A stretch of DNA of 64,000 nucleotides from Trypanosoma brucei (taxonomy: Eukaryota). Positions 1 through 11,000 of this stretch are shown piece by piece. Each line of letters opens with the position of its first letter. Within the stretch, counting starts at the first letter, position 1. The notes beneath the pieces were generated by a model. That model saw only the letters and a list, made by a program, of their open reading frames with translations. It did no database searches and had not been told where the DNA came from. The stretch lies in the NCBI GenBank assembly GCA_000002445.1, contig AL929603.2, positions 160,001-224,000 on the forward strand, in the 5' to 3' direction. The position numbers were made by a program, and so were the translations under genes.

Positions 1-346
1 GGTGAATGTCAGTCACACGCCTTATGACTTGTGCGACCCACTGCCTCGTCACGGTAATTTAGAGATTGCTGTGCTCACCTCGCAGAAGAGTTGGCCATAT
101 AACTCTTTCAGCATTCCGGAACATGCAATTCAAGAGGATGCGGAGGAACCAGGAGACTACGTGTTTGACCGGGATGTGTACGTTCGTCGAGAGGTAATGA
201 GAGTGTGGTATCTTGTGAAGCACAGGCTGGATTTGTGGCTGGAGTCAGAGCTGATCGAAAAACAGATTCCTTGCGTCCTCGTCGGCAGTGCAGGTATTGG
301 GAAATCAGTTGGTGCTGGCTATTATATTCGACTTACGCTGGTTTAG
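1..346 (+). pseudogene. RHS (retrotransposon hot spot) protein gene, N-terminal/central fragment ending just after the P-loop, interrupted by ingi copy 1; 5' end lies outside the window
   Basis: The frame 2-346 reads VSHTP..PLPRHGNLEIAVLTSQ...VGSAGIGKS. It aligns residue-for-residue with the RHS part of the minus-strand ORF 11858-14089 (VSHTPETMKEPLPRHGNLEIAVLTSQ...VGTPGIGKS). GxxGxGKS is the RHS P-loop that sits just upstream of the known ingi/RIME hot spot. A stop at 346 and ingi homology from about 424 make it a pseudogene. Confidence 0.7.
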
Positions 347-638
347 TGGTTATGTAGATTGGTCGTCGCAGATAGTACCGGAATCGATTCCCGCGGCCAG
401 CGAGTATTTAGCTTACACTAAGAATGAATCTGCCTCAACGTGGTGCCAGGGTCCGGTACCCCGTATCATCGGGGGAAGCCAAGAGCCAGCAGCGTTATTC
501 CCATAGGGAACACTGCTTTGCTCCGGCTACGGCATCATACAGCACAGGGATCAGCAGCGTCTTGCTGGGACACCGTTTTTCATTTGTCGGTCCCTGGGCA
601 CGTGCCAGCGTGCCATCAGCAGTATCATCCGCACTAAG

Positions 639-677
639 ATGCTGCTGTCCGGTGATGTGGAAGAGAATCCCGGCCCG
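639..677 (+). other. 2A-like co-translational 'skipping' peptide (MLLSGDVEENPGP) at the N-terminal region of ingi ORF1
   Basis: This is the canonical D(V/I)ExNPGP motif. It is known from T. cruzi L1Tc and T. brucei ingi. The same motif is on the minus strand at 12752-12790 (copy 2) and in the fragment at about 36840. In copy 3 (31449-31487) it is mutated to NPGS. Confidence 0.8.
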
Positions 678-1571
678 TCGTTGCGCGGGATGCAGTGGAA
701 CTGCGCCGGGCTATCTCAAGGAAAGAGATTAGCACTCCACAAAACCCTTGTTGATGAGCGGATCGCCTTTTGTCTGTTGAGCGAGACAAGGATGACGCCT
801 GGAGAGGCGGCTTGCTTTAGCGTTGCTGGTTACCAACATCGCGGAATAGCTCGTAACTGCAAAGGAGGTGGTGTATCAATACTAGTGAGGGAGGACCTAC
901 CAGTCGAGACCGGTATGGCCGTTGTTGGTCGCATTGAACAAGTGCATGCAACAATTCACCTTGCACGTGGAACGGCGCTGACTGTCACGTCGGCATACAT
1001 CCCACCAAAACACACCTTTACGGCAACTGACATAGATACGCTTCTGACAACTGACGGTGCCCAGCTCATCGGTGCAGACGCTAATGCACACGCGTTGGCA
1101 TGGGATCGCGCGAGCCCACCAAATACCAAGGGTGAAACCCTCACACAGTGGTGCATTGACAACCAGTTTCTGGTCTGCAACACTGGTGAGTGCACCAGGT
1201 ACGCGTGCCACCACGGGGAGTCCACCCCTGATGTGACACTGTCAAGGAATTGCACAGTGTACACGTGGACATCGCTGTATTCTCCCGATAGCGATCACCA
1301 TCACATATTTTTCGACGTTATCGTTGGAGACGACACAGATGCACTGAGTTGCCCGCGGCTTCGAAAGCCCATGTACGCATGGCTAAAAGCTAACTGGAGG
1401 AATTTCCGTCTCAAGGTTGACGAGCTCTGCAGGAAAATTGGTAGAGAGAAGAACGTCAACACCCTGGAACAGAAATTGAGCTCCGCCATCCGCATTGGAC
1501 ACCTGCGCTCGCGAAACTCGATGAAGAGATCGCTGGATGCGGACCCTCCCGCCGAAGGGAAAAGTTGGTAG
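639..1571 (+). CDS. ingi ORF1: 2A peptide + apurinic/apyrimidinic-type endonuclease domain
   Basis: 310-aa ORF with the APE-family C-terminal SDH signature (YSPDSDHHHIFFDV) and the GADANAHALAWD segment. It ends at a TAG at 1569-1571. The translation is identical across the three copies. Confidence 0.8.
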   Translation: MLLSGDVEENPGPSLRGMQWNCAGLSQGKRLALHKTLVDERIAFCLLSETRMTPGEAACFSVAGYQHRGIARNCKGGGVSILVREDLPVETGMAVVGRIEQVHATIHLARGTALTVTSAYIPPKHTFTATDIDTLLTTDGAQLIGADANAHALAWDRASPPNTKGETLTQWCIDNQFLVCNTGECTRYACHHGESTPDVTLSRNCTVYTWTSLYSPDSDHHHIFFDVIVGDDTDALSCPRLRKPMYAWLKANWRNFRLKVDELCRKIGREKNVNTLEQKLSSAIRIGHLRSRNSMKRSLDADPPAEGKSW

Positions 1572-4500
1572 CCACGCGTAAGCAGATCCTGGACCGTACC
1601 ACAAAGAAGAGATGGAGCACGCTATGCTCCAGACTTGCGGTGTCAGACCGCTGCAGTTGGCACATTGTCAAGAAGGTATATGCGCCACGACCACTAACCA
1701 CACCGGCTGTACTTGTAGATAACGCGGCCATCACGGACTACCGTCAAGCTGAGAGGTTCAGTAAACTGTACTCGTCCCGCGCAAGAAGGCACCCCGACTC
1801 ACACCCACCGGCACCAATAAAGACGATAGCGAGTGAGTTCAGTCCCATCACGATGGCTGAACTACGGAGATCGATCAAACTGCTACCGAGTGGATCCGCC
1901 GCCGGACCTGATTGCTTATACAACGAGGCACTACAACATCTCGGCAGAACAGCGCTGAATGTTGTTCTGTGGCTATTCAATGAGAGCCTACGAACGGGAG
2001 TCGTGCCGCCTGCATGGAAGACTGGTGTTATCATCCCCATCCTGAAGGCCGGAAAAAAGGCGGAGGACCTCGATTCTTACAGGCCAGTGACGCTCACGAG
2101 CTGTCTCTGCAAAGTCATGGAGCGCATAATTGCCGCGAGACTTAGAGACACTGTTGAGTCCCAGCTGACGCCGCAGCAATCAGGCTTTCGCCCCGGATGC
2201 TCAACGCTCGAACAACTCCTGCACGTCCGCGCTGCCCTCTGCCGTCCCACGCACCAATCTCGTACGGGTGCTGTATTCGTTGACTACGAGAAGGCATTCG
2301 ATACAGTAGACCACGACAAAATTGCGAGGGAAATGCACAGAATGAAGGTATCACCCCACATTGTGAAGTGGTGCGTATCATTTCTGAGTAACCGAACTGG
2401 CAGAGTGAGATTCAAGGAGAAGCTTTCCAGAAGCAGAACATTTGAGCGAGGAGTGCCACAAGGAACTGTCCTTGGCCCAATCATGTTCATTATTGTCATG
2501 AACTCGTTGAGCCAACGCCTTGCAGAAGTGCCGTTACTGCAGCACGGATTCTTTGCAGACGACCTAACGCTACTTGCGAGGCACACAGAAAGGGATGTCA
2601 TCAACCACACACTACAATGCGGCCTAAACGTGGTGTTACAGTGGTCAAAAGAGTACTTCATGTCTGTCAACGTAGCGAAAACAAAGTGCACACTCTTCGG
2701 GTGTATAGAGCGCCACCCCCTTACATTACAACTGGAAGGCGAAAGAATAGGAGCTGACAGGACACCGAAGCTTCTAGGAGTAACATTCCAGTGTCTGCAG
2801 GGGATGGCAACACATGCGGCCGAAACGAGACGCAAGATGGACTTCCGACTACTGCAGATAGCGGCCATCTCAGCTTCTACATGGAGGCCAAGACGACAAG
2901 TACTGAGAGCTTTTTATCTAGCACTCGTACAGGCACACACCATGTATGGCATTGAGGTATGGTACTGGGACGCTTCGGAACGAAGTCGCGACCTCCTTGC
3001 ATCAGCACAACACAAAGCCAGTCGCATCATAGCCGGCATACCGCATGGGACGCGCAAAGAGGACTCTCTGCTGGAAGCAAACCTCCTGCCACTCAAGACG
3101 ACCACTCTTGTGCGCAGCATGAAATTCATGCTGATGTGTGAGTCACGAGGCGGATGTTTGCGGCGCAGTGCTGAAGAAGTATACCACAGCAAACACCCAG
3201 TCAGAGTCTTACATTCCCGCATCATGCGGTCCTACCCCCACCTCCGCATTGAGCCACGCGAGCACCCACTAGAGACATCGACGCTCCGCCACAGCTGCCG
3301 ACCGATATTTCACACGCAGATAAAGCCTGTGTGCGCTGATGACCCTGACGATGTCAAAAGGGAGGCTTCCGAAAAGTGGATTGAACGACATTTTGCACGG
3401 AGGGGGAAGGAGCCACCGCGGCGAGAGCACTACGAATTGTGGACTGATGGATCCGTGTCCCTCGGTGAGAAGACCGGGGCAGCTGCCCTGCTCTATAGAA
3501 ACAACACGCTGATTTGCGCACCCAAAACTGGAGCAGGGGAACTCTCATGCAGTTACAGAGCGGAATGCGTAGCATTAGAGATAGGACTGCAACGGCTGCT
3601 GAAATGGCTTCCGGCATACAGAAGCACACCGAGCAGGTTGTCCATCTTCTCTGACTCGCTGTCAATGTTAACAGCACTGCAGACAGGCCCCCTAGCCGTA
3701 ACGGACCCAATTCTGAGACGACTATGGAGGCTTCTGCTTCAAGTTCAGAGAAGGAAGGTGCGTATCCGACTGCAATTTGTGTTTGGCCATTGTGGCGTGA
3801 AACGGAATGAGGTTTGCGATGAAATGGCCAAAAAGGCCGCAGATTTACCACAGTTGCGAGACACATGGATCCCCGACATCATTGCTTATGCGAAGCGAGT
3901 GCTTAGGTCGGAAGAAGTCCATGAGAACACTCATAGGTTTGGTATCACGGGCAACCACTTTCCAACAAAACATAAGGAAGAACTGACGAGGGAAGAAGAA
4001 ACGGCACTGGCACGCTTTCGGGTTGGGTCTTCAAGACACTATGGATGGATGTTGCGAAAGATCAACCCGAGTGTGCCTCCACAGTGTCGATGGTGTAACC
4101 CGCAACATGCAGCGATAGGGCCAACAATACAAACACAAAAGGCCCCAATTGTTGCGACACGCACTCTTCAGAGAACCTCCGAACCGACCAAATGTACGGA
4201 ATGTGATGCCACATACCAATGCCGCTCGAGTGCTGTAACGCATATGGTAAACAAACACGGCTTTGTGCGAGCTGATGCCCTCCGGAGGATAAAATACGGC
4301 GATGCAACACCTGCAGTGGATATCCCCCCGGAGCCCCCTCCAGTGGTGGCGATCGTTCCTCTACCATCGAGCACACGAGTCCCGATAAGACCACAGGTGC
4401 TTCATTGTACCCTCTGTGCCTCCAAATTCGCAGTGCCAGGGCGACTATTACACCACCTTAGAACAATACATGGCATAGGCAGCGGCAGTTGCCGCGTGAA

Positions 4501-5353
4501 AAGGGGGCGAGAGAACGAGGACTCAGTGCAAGGAGATGGTAAAGCCCCAGCAGCGCCAGCCTCTCAGGATACACGGAAGCTGCCGTTTCAATGTGACCTG
4601 TGCGAGGCGAGCTTCGGTACACGCTCTTCCCTGTCACTACACAAGAAATTCAAACATAAAAGCATAGTGACTGAGGACGGTGCCGTGGTGGTGGTGCAAT
4701 TCCCTCGTAAGCGTGCCCGTGAGGGAAACGTTGACGTCCCGGGGAAAGGCGAGGTGCAGTGCGGTGTGTGCCAAAAAGTGCTCAGTTGCAGGGACTCCCT
4801 CATCCGACACTGTAAGGCTTTCCACAAAGGTGAGGTAGTCGAGCTTAAATGCAGCAAAAGCACAAAATTGTGTGCCACTGATTCCCCCCATACAAACACA
4901 TCCATGTTGGTGTGCCCGACATGCGGAAGGCAGTGTGCTAGCAAAACTGGCCTCACCCTACATCAAAAGAAGATGCACGGTATGAAGGTAGAGCGCGCTG
5001 TTACCAGCCAACGCGGCGACTGCGAAGAAACGTCGCTGCACTTGATGAGCTGTCCCGGTTTGAAGAAGTTACGTGTCAGGTTTGCGGTAGAAGGTGAGTG
5101 TGTGCAGGATGTATGTTTCTCCAAAAGGCTGGCGCAGTTTCTCATTGCGGTTGAACGGAGCCGGCCGCAGGTGAAGTCCTCACCTAAGGTAACAGTCATA
5201 CAACCCACTCTTCCTTCTGCAACTTCCCCCCTTATTGCCGAGTGTGGAGCTAGCAGGAAAAGCACCGGACGCAGGAATAGTCCAGACACCCTCAGAGACA
5301 GAGGAGGTATGCTGTCAACAAGCAACAGAAACAGAAAGAGGGGGAGAGAATAA
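1565..5353 (+). CDS. ingi ORF2: reverse transcriptase / RNase H / C2H2 zinc-finger protein
   Basis: 1262 aa. Reverse transcriptase motifs are present (PQGTVLGP, GFFADDLTLL as the YXDD-box variant FADD). The RNase H region includes YELWTDGS. There are five C-terminal C2H2 fingers (CTECDATYQC..H..H, HCTLCASKF..H..H, FQCDLCEASF..H..H, CGVCQKV..H..H, CPTCGRQC..H..H). The first codon listed is TTG. The real start is undetermined, and the frame is -1 relative to ORF1. Confidence 0.85.
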   Translation: MVATRKQILDRTTKKRWSTLCSRLAVSDRCSWHIVKKVYAPRPLTTPAVLVDNAAITDYRQAERFSKLYSSRARRHPDSHPPAPIKTIASEFSPITMAELRRSIKLLPSGSAAGPDCLYNEALQHLGRTALNVVLWLFNESLRTGVVPPAWKTGVIIPILKAGKKAEDLDSYRPVTLTSCLCKVMERIIAARLRDTVESQLTPQQSGFRPGCSTLEQLLHVRAALCRPTHQSRTGAVFVDYEKAFDTVDHDKIAREMHRMKVSPHIVKWCVSFLSNRTGRVRFKEKLSRSRTFERGVPQGTVLGPIMFIIVMNSLSQRLAEVPLLQHGFFADDLTLLARHTERDVINHTLQCGLNVVLQWSKEYFMSVNVAKTKCTLFGCIERHPLTLQLEGERIGADRTPKLLGVTFQCLQGMATHAAETRRKMDFRLLQIAAISASTWRPRRQVLRAFYLALVQAHTMYGIEVWYWDASERSRDLLASAQHKASRIIAGIPHGTRKEDSLLEANLLPLKTTTLVRSMKFMLMCESRGGCLRRSAEEVYHSKHPVRVLHSRIMRSYPHLRIEPREHPLETSTLRHSCRPIFHTQIKPVCADDPDDVKREASEKWIERHFARRGKEPPRREHYELWTDGSVSLGEKTGAAALLYRNNTLICAPKTGAGELSCSYRAECVALEIGLQRLLKWLPAYRSTPSRLSIFSDSLSMLTALQTGPLAVTDPILRRLWRLLLQVQRRKVRIRLQFVFGHCGVKRNEVCDEMAKKAADLPQLRDTWIPDIIAYAKRVLRSEEVHENTHRFGITGNHFPTKHKEELTREEETALARFRVGSSRHYGWMLRKINPSVPPQCRWCNPQHAAIGPTIQTQKAPIVATRTLQRTSEPTKCTECDATYQCRSSAVTHMVNKHGFVRADALRRIKYGDATPAVDIPPEPPPVVAIVPLPSSTRVPIRPQVLHCTLCASKFAVPGRLLHHLRTIHGIGSGSCRVKRGRENEDSVQGDGKAPAAPASQDTRKLPFQCDLCEASFGTRSSLSLHKKFKHKSIVTEDGAVVVVQFPRKRAREGNVDVPGKGEVQCGVCQKVLSCRDSLIRHCKAFHKGEVVELKCSKSTKLCATDSPHTNTSMLVCPTCGRQCASKTGLTLHQKKMHGMKVERAVTSQRGDCEETSLHLMSCPGLKKLRVRFAVEGECVQDVCFSKRLAQFLIAVERSRPQVKSSPKVTVIQPTLPSATSPLIAECGASRKSTGRRNSPDTLRDRGGMLSTSNRNRKRGRE

Positions 5354-5625
5354 TAAACGAATAACAAAAATCAAAACAAAAGGATTGCTAATTGACATCT
5401 TTGGGAGAGTCCAGGGTGGGAGGCTTCTCGCCCCATCTGCTGTATTCCGTTCATATGCGGAAATACAACAAAAATTATAGAGGGTGTGTTAGGATGAATG
5501 AAAAAGGGAGACTCTGCCACAGTCGCCAGACCGATAGCATCTCAGGGCTCTACGGTGATGGCTGATGGCCGCGCCAGTGAGGGGAAACTCCCACGAAGGC
5601 ACGAAGAAAATTCTAAAAAAAAAAA

Positions 5626-6308
5626 TTCTCCTTCACAAACTAAAGCATGATGCCAGAGTATTGCCTGTTACCGCATATTTTATAGGAGTTCATGCATGCA
5701 TATATATATATATATATATGTCTGTGTTGTATCTTGGAACGTTGCGCCCATATGGCAAATGGATTGGAAGACTGCTGCTGCATAAATTCATCAACCTTGG
5801 TCGCATCTATCGTACAGGAGATTCCGAAACGTATGTGTGCACGCTGCACTTTGAATCCGCATTGAGGGTGGTAACTTTCCAGTCGCGCAGAGACGTTGCA
5901 CGACAACATTGTGTGAGGAGAGTCACTCATATACAGATCAGTTTTGTCTTGTGTTTTGAAGGTGATGCCGCAAGTGCTTTCGATTTTCCCAGGGTATTAT
6001 TTCCTTTTATTGACATGATAGGGTCATTGCCCGCAACCGCGGAGTGGAAACAGGAAACGATGCAGGATGTCAGCGTGTTGAACCGCCTGAGCGATATTTT
6101 CCTGAACTTCGGTAAAGCACAGCGCCTTCCAAATATCCATGAGGGAACAATCAACTCTCCACACACCATGCAACTTTACGGGTTCCCACCCATTTTCCCA
6201 CTATTTGATACCTTGTTTGTTGTGGATTGCGACACAACCACCGAAGTTGAAAATCAACGAAAAATAAACGGTGGTGATGTTGCAATTCCAAACTGCTGGA
6301 TCACATGA
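5626..6308 (+). pseudogene. possible decayed downstream continuation of the RHS gene interrupted by ingi copy 1
   Basis: Directly after the poly(A), the 12 nt ttctccttcaca (LLLH-type hot-spot sequence) is followed by an open frame of 247 codons. That frame contains a (TA)10 microsatellite (5700-5719) and has no recognisable domain. It sits where the 3' half of an interrupted RHS is expected. Homology is not demonstrable by eye. Confidence 0.25.
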
Positions 6309-7275
6309 TAACAAAACAGGAACAGCCCTTAATATGCTCGAGAATCCTGTCCTTCTAACATGTGATGCGAATAGGGATATGTTTTTGAGAAATTTTATGA
6401 ATGAATTTGGGTGGGGAGTTATTTGTGCTCAGCATGTTGCCGTCAGAAAGATGAGACGCCAACAATTGTGCAACGATACAGCGGGCAAATGAAGTGAGGA
6501 AGATCGCAAATATGTTCATTTATTTTGGGCCAACAGTATGAAACATTACCTTGTGCAATTTAATGTTAATACCGTCGCTATGTTAGCTATTGAAAATATT
6601 GCGGGGAGGGGAAGTAACCGACATGGATGTAAATCATGAAAGAGCGGCTGTGGGAAATCAATAAAAGAGAGGAAGGAGAAGAGTAAACGGGGAAAACATC
6701 AACAAAAGAGTGTGGAAACAAATAATCACGGCAGGTGATGTCACGGTATAACTCTGTGTTAGGAGGGTTGTGGACTCTATCAAAATTAACCTCTCGGCAG
6801 TAAGCACAGTTAACAACGAGCGTATGATCCCTTTTTAAAATTTGGTTACTTTAATTCGTTTTTTTTATTACTTAACGATGTTAACATTAGATACGATATG
6901 CATTTTTTGTAGAAGCACATATGTGTTAATGAAAACATTGCAACATTGTTTACATCAGATATTAATACTTAGCTGCCTAACCGTAATTTCCTACAGAGCG
7001 TGTCGTTTACGGTTTTCATTTCTACCAGATGGATGTCACATATTGTGTTTAATATTTTACACTGAGTGATGTGCCCGAAATATTTTTTTTTCTTAATCGT
7101 CGACGCCCCTTTCACCTTTTCATGTATTCTCCTAATTTTTCTCTACCATTTGTTACATAAGGTGCGCACAGATACGATTGTATGAAGGTTTCTGTGCAAG
7201 AAGCCGAGGTGTCCAGTTCACTATTTATTTGATGGAAAGTCATTATTTTGAGTGTGCGATTCGTTGTACATTCAC

Positions 7276-7786
7276 TTTTTTTTTTTTTAAAAGTTGTCTT
7301 CGTGCCTTCGTGGGAGTTTCCCCTCACTGGCGCGGCCATCAGCCATCACCGTAGAGCCCTGAGATGCTATCGGTCTGGCGACTGTGGCAGAGTCTCCCTT
7401 TTTCATTCATCCTAACACACCCTCTATAATTTTTGTTGTATTTCCGCATATGAACGGAATACAGCAGATGGGGCGAGAAGCCTCCCACCCTGGACTCTCC
7501 CAAAGATGCCAATTGGCAATCCTTTTTTTTTCGGAGGTCCACATCACCGGACAGCAGCATCTTAGTGCGGATGATATACTGCTGATGGCACGCTGGCACG
7601 TGCCCAGTGACAGAAAAATGAAAAACGGTGTCCCAGCAAGACGCTGCTGATCCCTGTGCTGTATGATGCCGTAGCCGGAGCACAGCAGTGTTCCCCATGA
7701 AAGGAACGCTGCTGGCTCTTGGCTTCCCCCGATGATACGGGGTACTGGACCCTGGCACCACGTTGAGGTGGCCGGCATCGCCAGGG
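7276..7786 (-). mobile_element. RIME (ribosomal mobile element, ~511 bp): 5' ~255 bp + 3' ~245 bp of ingi, complete, poly(T) 7276-7288 on + strand
   Basis: The span 7289-7530 is the reverse complement of the ingi 3' terminus seen at 5380-5614. The span 7535-7786 is the reverse complement of the ingi 5' terminus, ending ...cctggcaccacgttgaggtggccggcatcgccaggg. The internal deletion joint falls inside the 2A coding motif (LLSGDV|DLRKK). Confidence 0.85.
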
Positions 7787-7798
7787 TGTATAACAAAA
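7787..7798. repeat. 12-nt target-site duplication tgtataacaaaa (left copy) of ingi copy 2, shared with the adjacent RIME
   Basis: An identical 12-mer lies at 13015-13026 immediately outside the ingi 5' end. On the minus strand it encodes the F-L-L-Y-T hot-spot residues of RHS. Confidence 0.8.
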
Positions 7799-8081
7799 TT
7801 TTTTTTTTTTTTTTAGAATTTTCTTCGTGCCTTCGTGAGAGTTTCTCCCAACTGGCGCGGCCATCAGCCATCACCGTAGAGCCCTGAGATGCTATCGGTC
7901 TGGCGACTGTGGCAGAGTCTCCCTTTTTCATTCATCCTAACACACACACTCTCTATAATTTTTGTTGTAGCTCCGCAGTTGAACGGAATACAGCAGATGG
8001 GGCGAGAAGCCCCCCTCACCCCGGACTCTCCCAAAGATGTCAATTAGCAATCCTTTTGTTTTGATTTTTGTTATTCGTTTA

Positions 8082-11000
8082 TTATTCTCTTCTCCTCTTT
8101 CTGTTTCTGTTGCTTGTTGATTGCATACCCCCTCTGTCTCTAAGGGTGTCTGGACTATTCCTGCGTCCGATGCTTTTCCTGCTAGCTCCACATTCGGCAA
8201 TAAGGGGGGAAGTTGCAGAAGGGAGAGTGGGTTGTATGACTGTTACCTTAGGTGAGGACTTCACCTGCGGCCGGCTCCGTTCAACCGCAATGAGAAACTG
8301 CGCCAGCCTTTTGGAGAAACATACATCCTGCACACACTCACCTTCTACCGCAAACCTGACACGTAACTCCTTCAAACCGGGACAGCTCATCAAGTGCAGC
8401 GACGTTTCTTCGCAGTCGCCGCGTTGGCTGGTAACAGCGCGCTCTACCTTCATACCGTGCATCTTCTTTTGATGTAGGGTGAGGCCAGTTTTGCTAGCAC
8501 ACTGCCTTCCGCATGTCGGGCACACCAACATGGATGTGTTTGTATGCGGGGAATCAGTGGCACACAATTTTGTGCTTTTGCTGCATTTAAGCTCGACTAC
8601 CTCACCTTTGTGGAAAGCCTTACAGTGTCGGATGAGGGAGTCCCTGCAACTGAGCACTTTTTGGCACACACCGCACTGCACCTCGCCCTTCCCCGGGACG
8701 TCAACGTTTCCCTCACGGGCACGCTTACGAGGGAATTGCACCAACACCACGGTACCGTCCTCCGTCACTATGCTTTTATGTTTGAATTTCTTGTGTAGTG
8801 TCAGGGAAGAACGTGTACCGAAGCTCGCCTCGCACAGGTCACATTGAAACGGCAGCTTCCGTGTATCCTGAGAGGCTGGCGCTGCTGGGGCTTTACCATC
8901 TCCTTGCACTGAGTCCTCGTTCTCTCGCCCCCTTTTCACGCGGCAACTGCCGCTGCCTATGCCATGTATTGTTCTAAGGTGGTGTAGTAGTCTGCCTGGC
9001 ACTGCGAATTTGGAGGCACAGATGGTACAATGAAGCACCTGCGGTCTCATCGGGACTCGTGTGCTCGATGGTAGGGGAACGATCGCCACCACTGGAGGGG
9101 GCTCCGGGGGGATATCCACTGCAGGTGTTGCATCGCCGTATTTGATCCTCCGGAGGGCATCAGCTCGCACAAAGCCATGTTTGTTTACCATATGCGTTGC
9201 AGCACTCGAGCGGCATTGGTATGTGGCATCACATTCCGTACATTTGGTCGGTTCGGAGGTTCTTTGAAGAGTGCGTGTCGCAACAGTTGGGGCCGTTTGT
9301 ATTGTTGGCCCTATCTCTGCATGTTGCGGGTTGCACCATCGGCACTGTGGAGGCACACTCGGGTTGATCTTTCGCAACATCCATCCATAGTGCCTTGAAG
9401 ACCCAACCCGAAAGCGTGCCAGTGCCGTTTCTTCTTCCCTCGTCAGTTCTTCCTTATGTTTTGTTGGAAAGTGGTTGCCCGTGATACCAAACCTATGAGT
9501 GTTCTCATGGACTTCTTCCGACCTAAGCACTCGCTTCGCATAAGCAATGATGTCGGGGATCCATGTGTCTCGCAACTGTGGTAAATCTGCGGCCTTTTTG
9601 GCCATGTCATCGCAAACCTCATTCCGTTTCACGCCACAATGGCCAAACACAAATTGCAGTCGGATACGTATCTTCCTTCTCTGAACTTGAAGCAGAAGCC
9701 TCCATAGTCGTCTTAGAATTGGGTCCGTTACGGCTAGGGGGCCTGTCTGCAGTGCTGTTAACATTGACAGCGAGTCAGAGAAGATGGATAACCTGCTCGG
9801 TGTGGTTCTGTATGCCGGAAGCCATTTCAGCAGCCGTTGCAGTCCTATCTCTAATGCTACGCATTCCGCTCTGTAACTGCATGAGAGTTCCCCTGCTCCT
9901 GTCTTAGGTGCGCAAATCAGCGTGTTGTTTCTGTAGAGCAGGGCAGCTGCTCCGGACTTCTCACCGAGGGACACGGATCCATCAGTCCACAATTCGTAGT
10001 GCTCTCGCCGCGGTGGCTCCTTCCCCCTCCGTGCAAAATGCCGTTCAATCCACTTTTCGGAAGCCTCCCTTTTGACATCGTCAGGGTCATCAGCGCACAC
10101 AGGCTTTATCTGCGTGTGAAATATCGGTCGGCAGCTGTGGCGGAGCGTCGATGTCTCTAGTGGGTGCTCGCGTGGCTCAATGCGGAGGTGGGGGTAGGAC
10201 CGCATGATACGGGAATGTAGGGCTCTGACTGGGTGTTTGCTGTGGTATACTTCTTCAGCACTGCGCCGCAAACATCCGCCTCGTGACTCACACATCAGCA
10301 TGAATTTCATGCTGCGCACAAGAGTGGTCGTCTTGAGTGGCAGGAGGTTTGCTTCCAGCAGAGAGTCCTCTTTGCGCGTCCCATGCGGTATGCCGGCTAT
10401 GATGCGACTGGCTTTGTGTTGTGCTGATGCAAGGAGGTCGCGACTTCGTTCCGAAGCGTCCCAGTACCATACCTCAATGCCATACATGGTGTGTGCCTGT
10501 ACGAGTGCTAGATAAAAAGCTCTCAGTACTTGTCGTCTTGGCCCCCATGTAGAAGCTGAGATGGCTGCTATCTGCAGTAGTCGGAAGTCCATCTTGCGTC
10601 TCGTTTCGGCCGCATGTGTTGCCATCCCCTGCAGACACTGGAATGTTACTCCTAGAAGCTTCGGTGTCCTGTCAGCTCCTATTCTTTCACCGTCCAGTTG
10701 TAATGTAAGGGGGTGGCGCTCTATACACCCGAAGAGTGTGCACTTTGTTTTCGCTACGTTGACAGACATGAAGTACTCTTTTGACCACTGTAACACCACG
10801 TTTAGACCGCACTGTAGTGCGTGGTTGATGACATCCCTCTCTGTGTGCCTCGCAAGTAGCGTTAGGTCGTCTGCAAAGAATCCGTGCTGCAGTAACGGCA
10901 CCTCTGCAAGGCGTTGGCTCAACGAGTTCATGACAATAATGAACATGATTGGGCCAAGGACAGTTCCTTGTGGCACTCCTCGCTCAAATGTTCTGCTTCT

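Larger units (their letters stand above)
424..5625 (+). mobile_element. ingi non-LTR retrotransposon, full length (copy 1); 5' first ~10 nt degenerate; poly(A) 5615-5625
   Basis: The 5' end matches the RIME/ingi terminus (ctcaacgtggtgccagggtccggtaccccgtatcatcgggggaagccaagagcc). It has the 310 + 1262 aa ORFs. The 3' terminus (...gaaaattct + A11) is identical to the 3' half of the RIME at 7276-7530. Two more near-identical copies occur in the window. Confidence 0.9.

Noticed and set aside
2284-2868. Long minus-strand ORFs (194, 170, 134 aa etc.) inside each ingi copy, repeated in mirror image in copies 2 and 3
   Set aside because: They lie antisense to the 1260-aa RT ORF. They have no motifs and recur only because the element is repeated. 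They are typical antisense shadows of a long coding frame.
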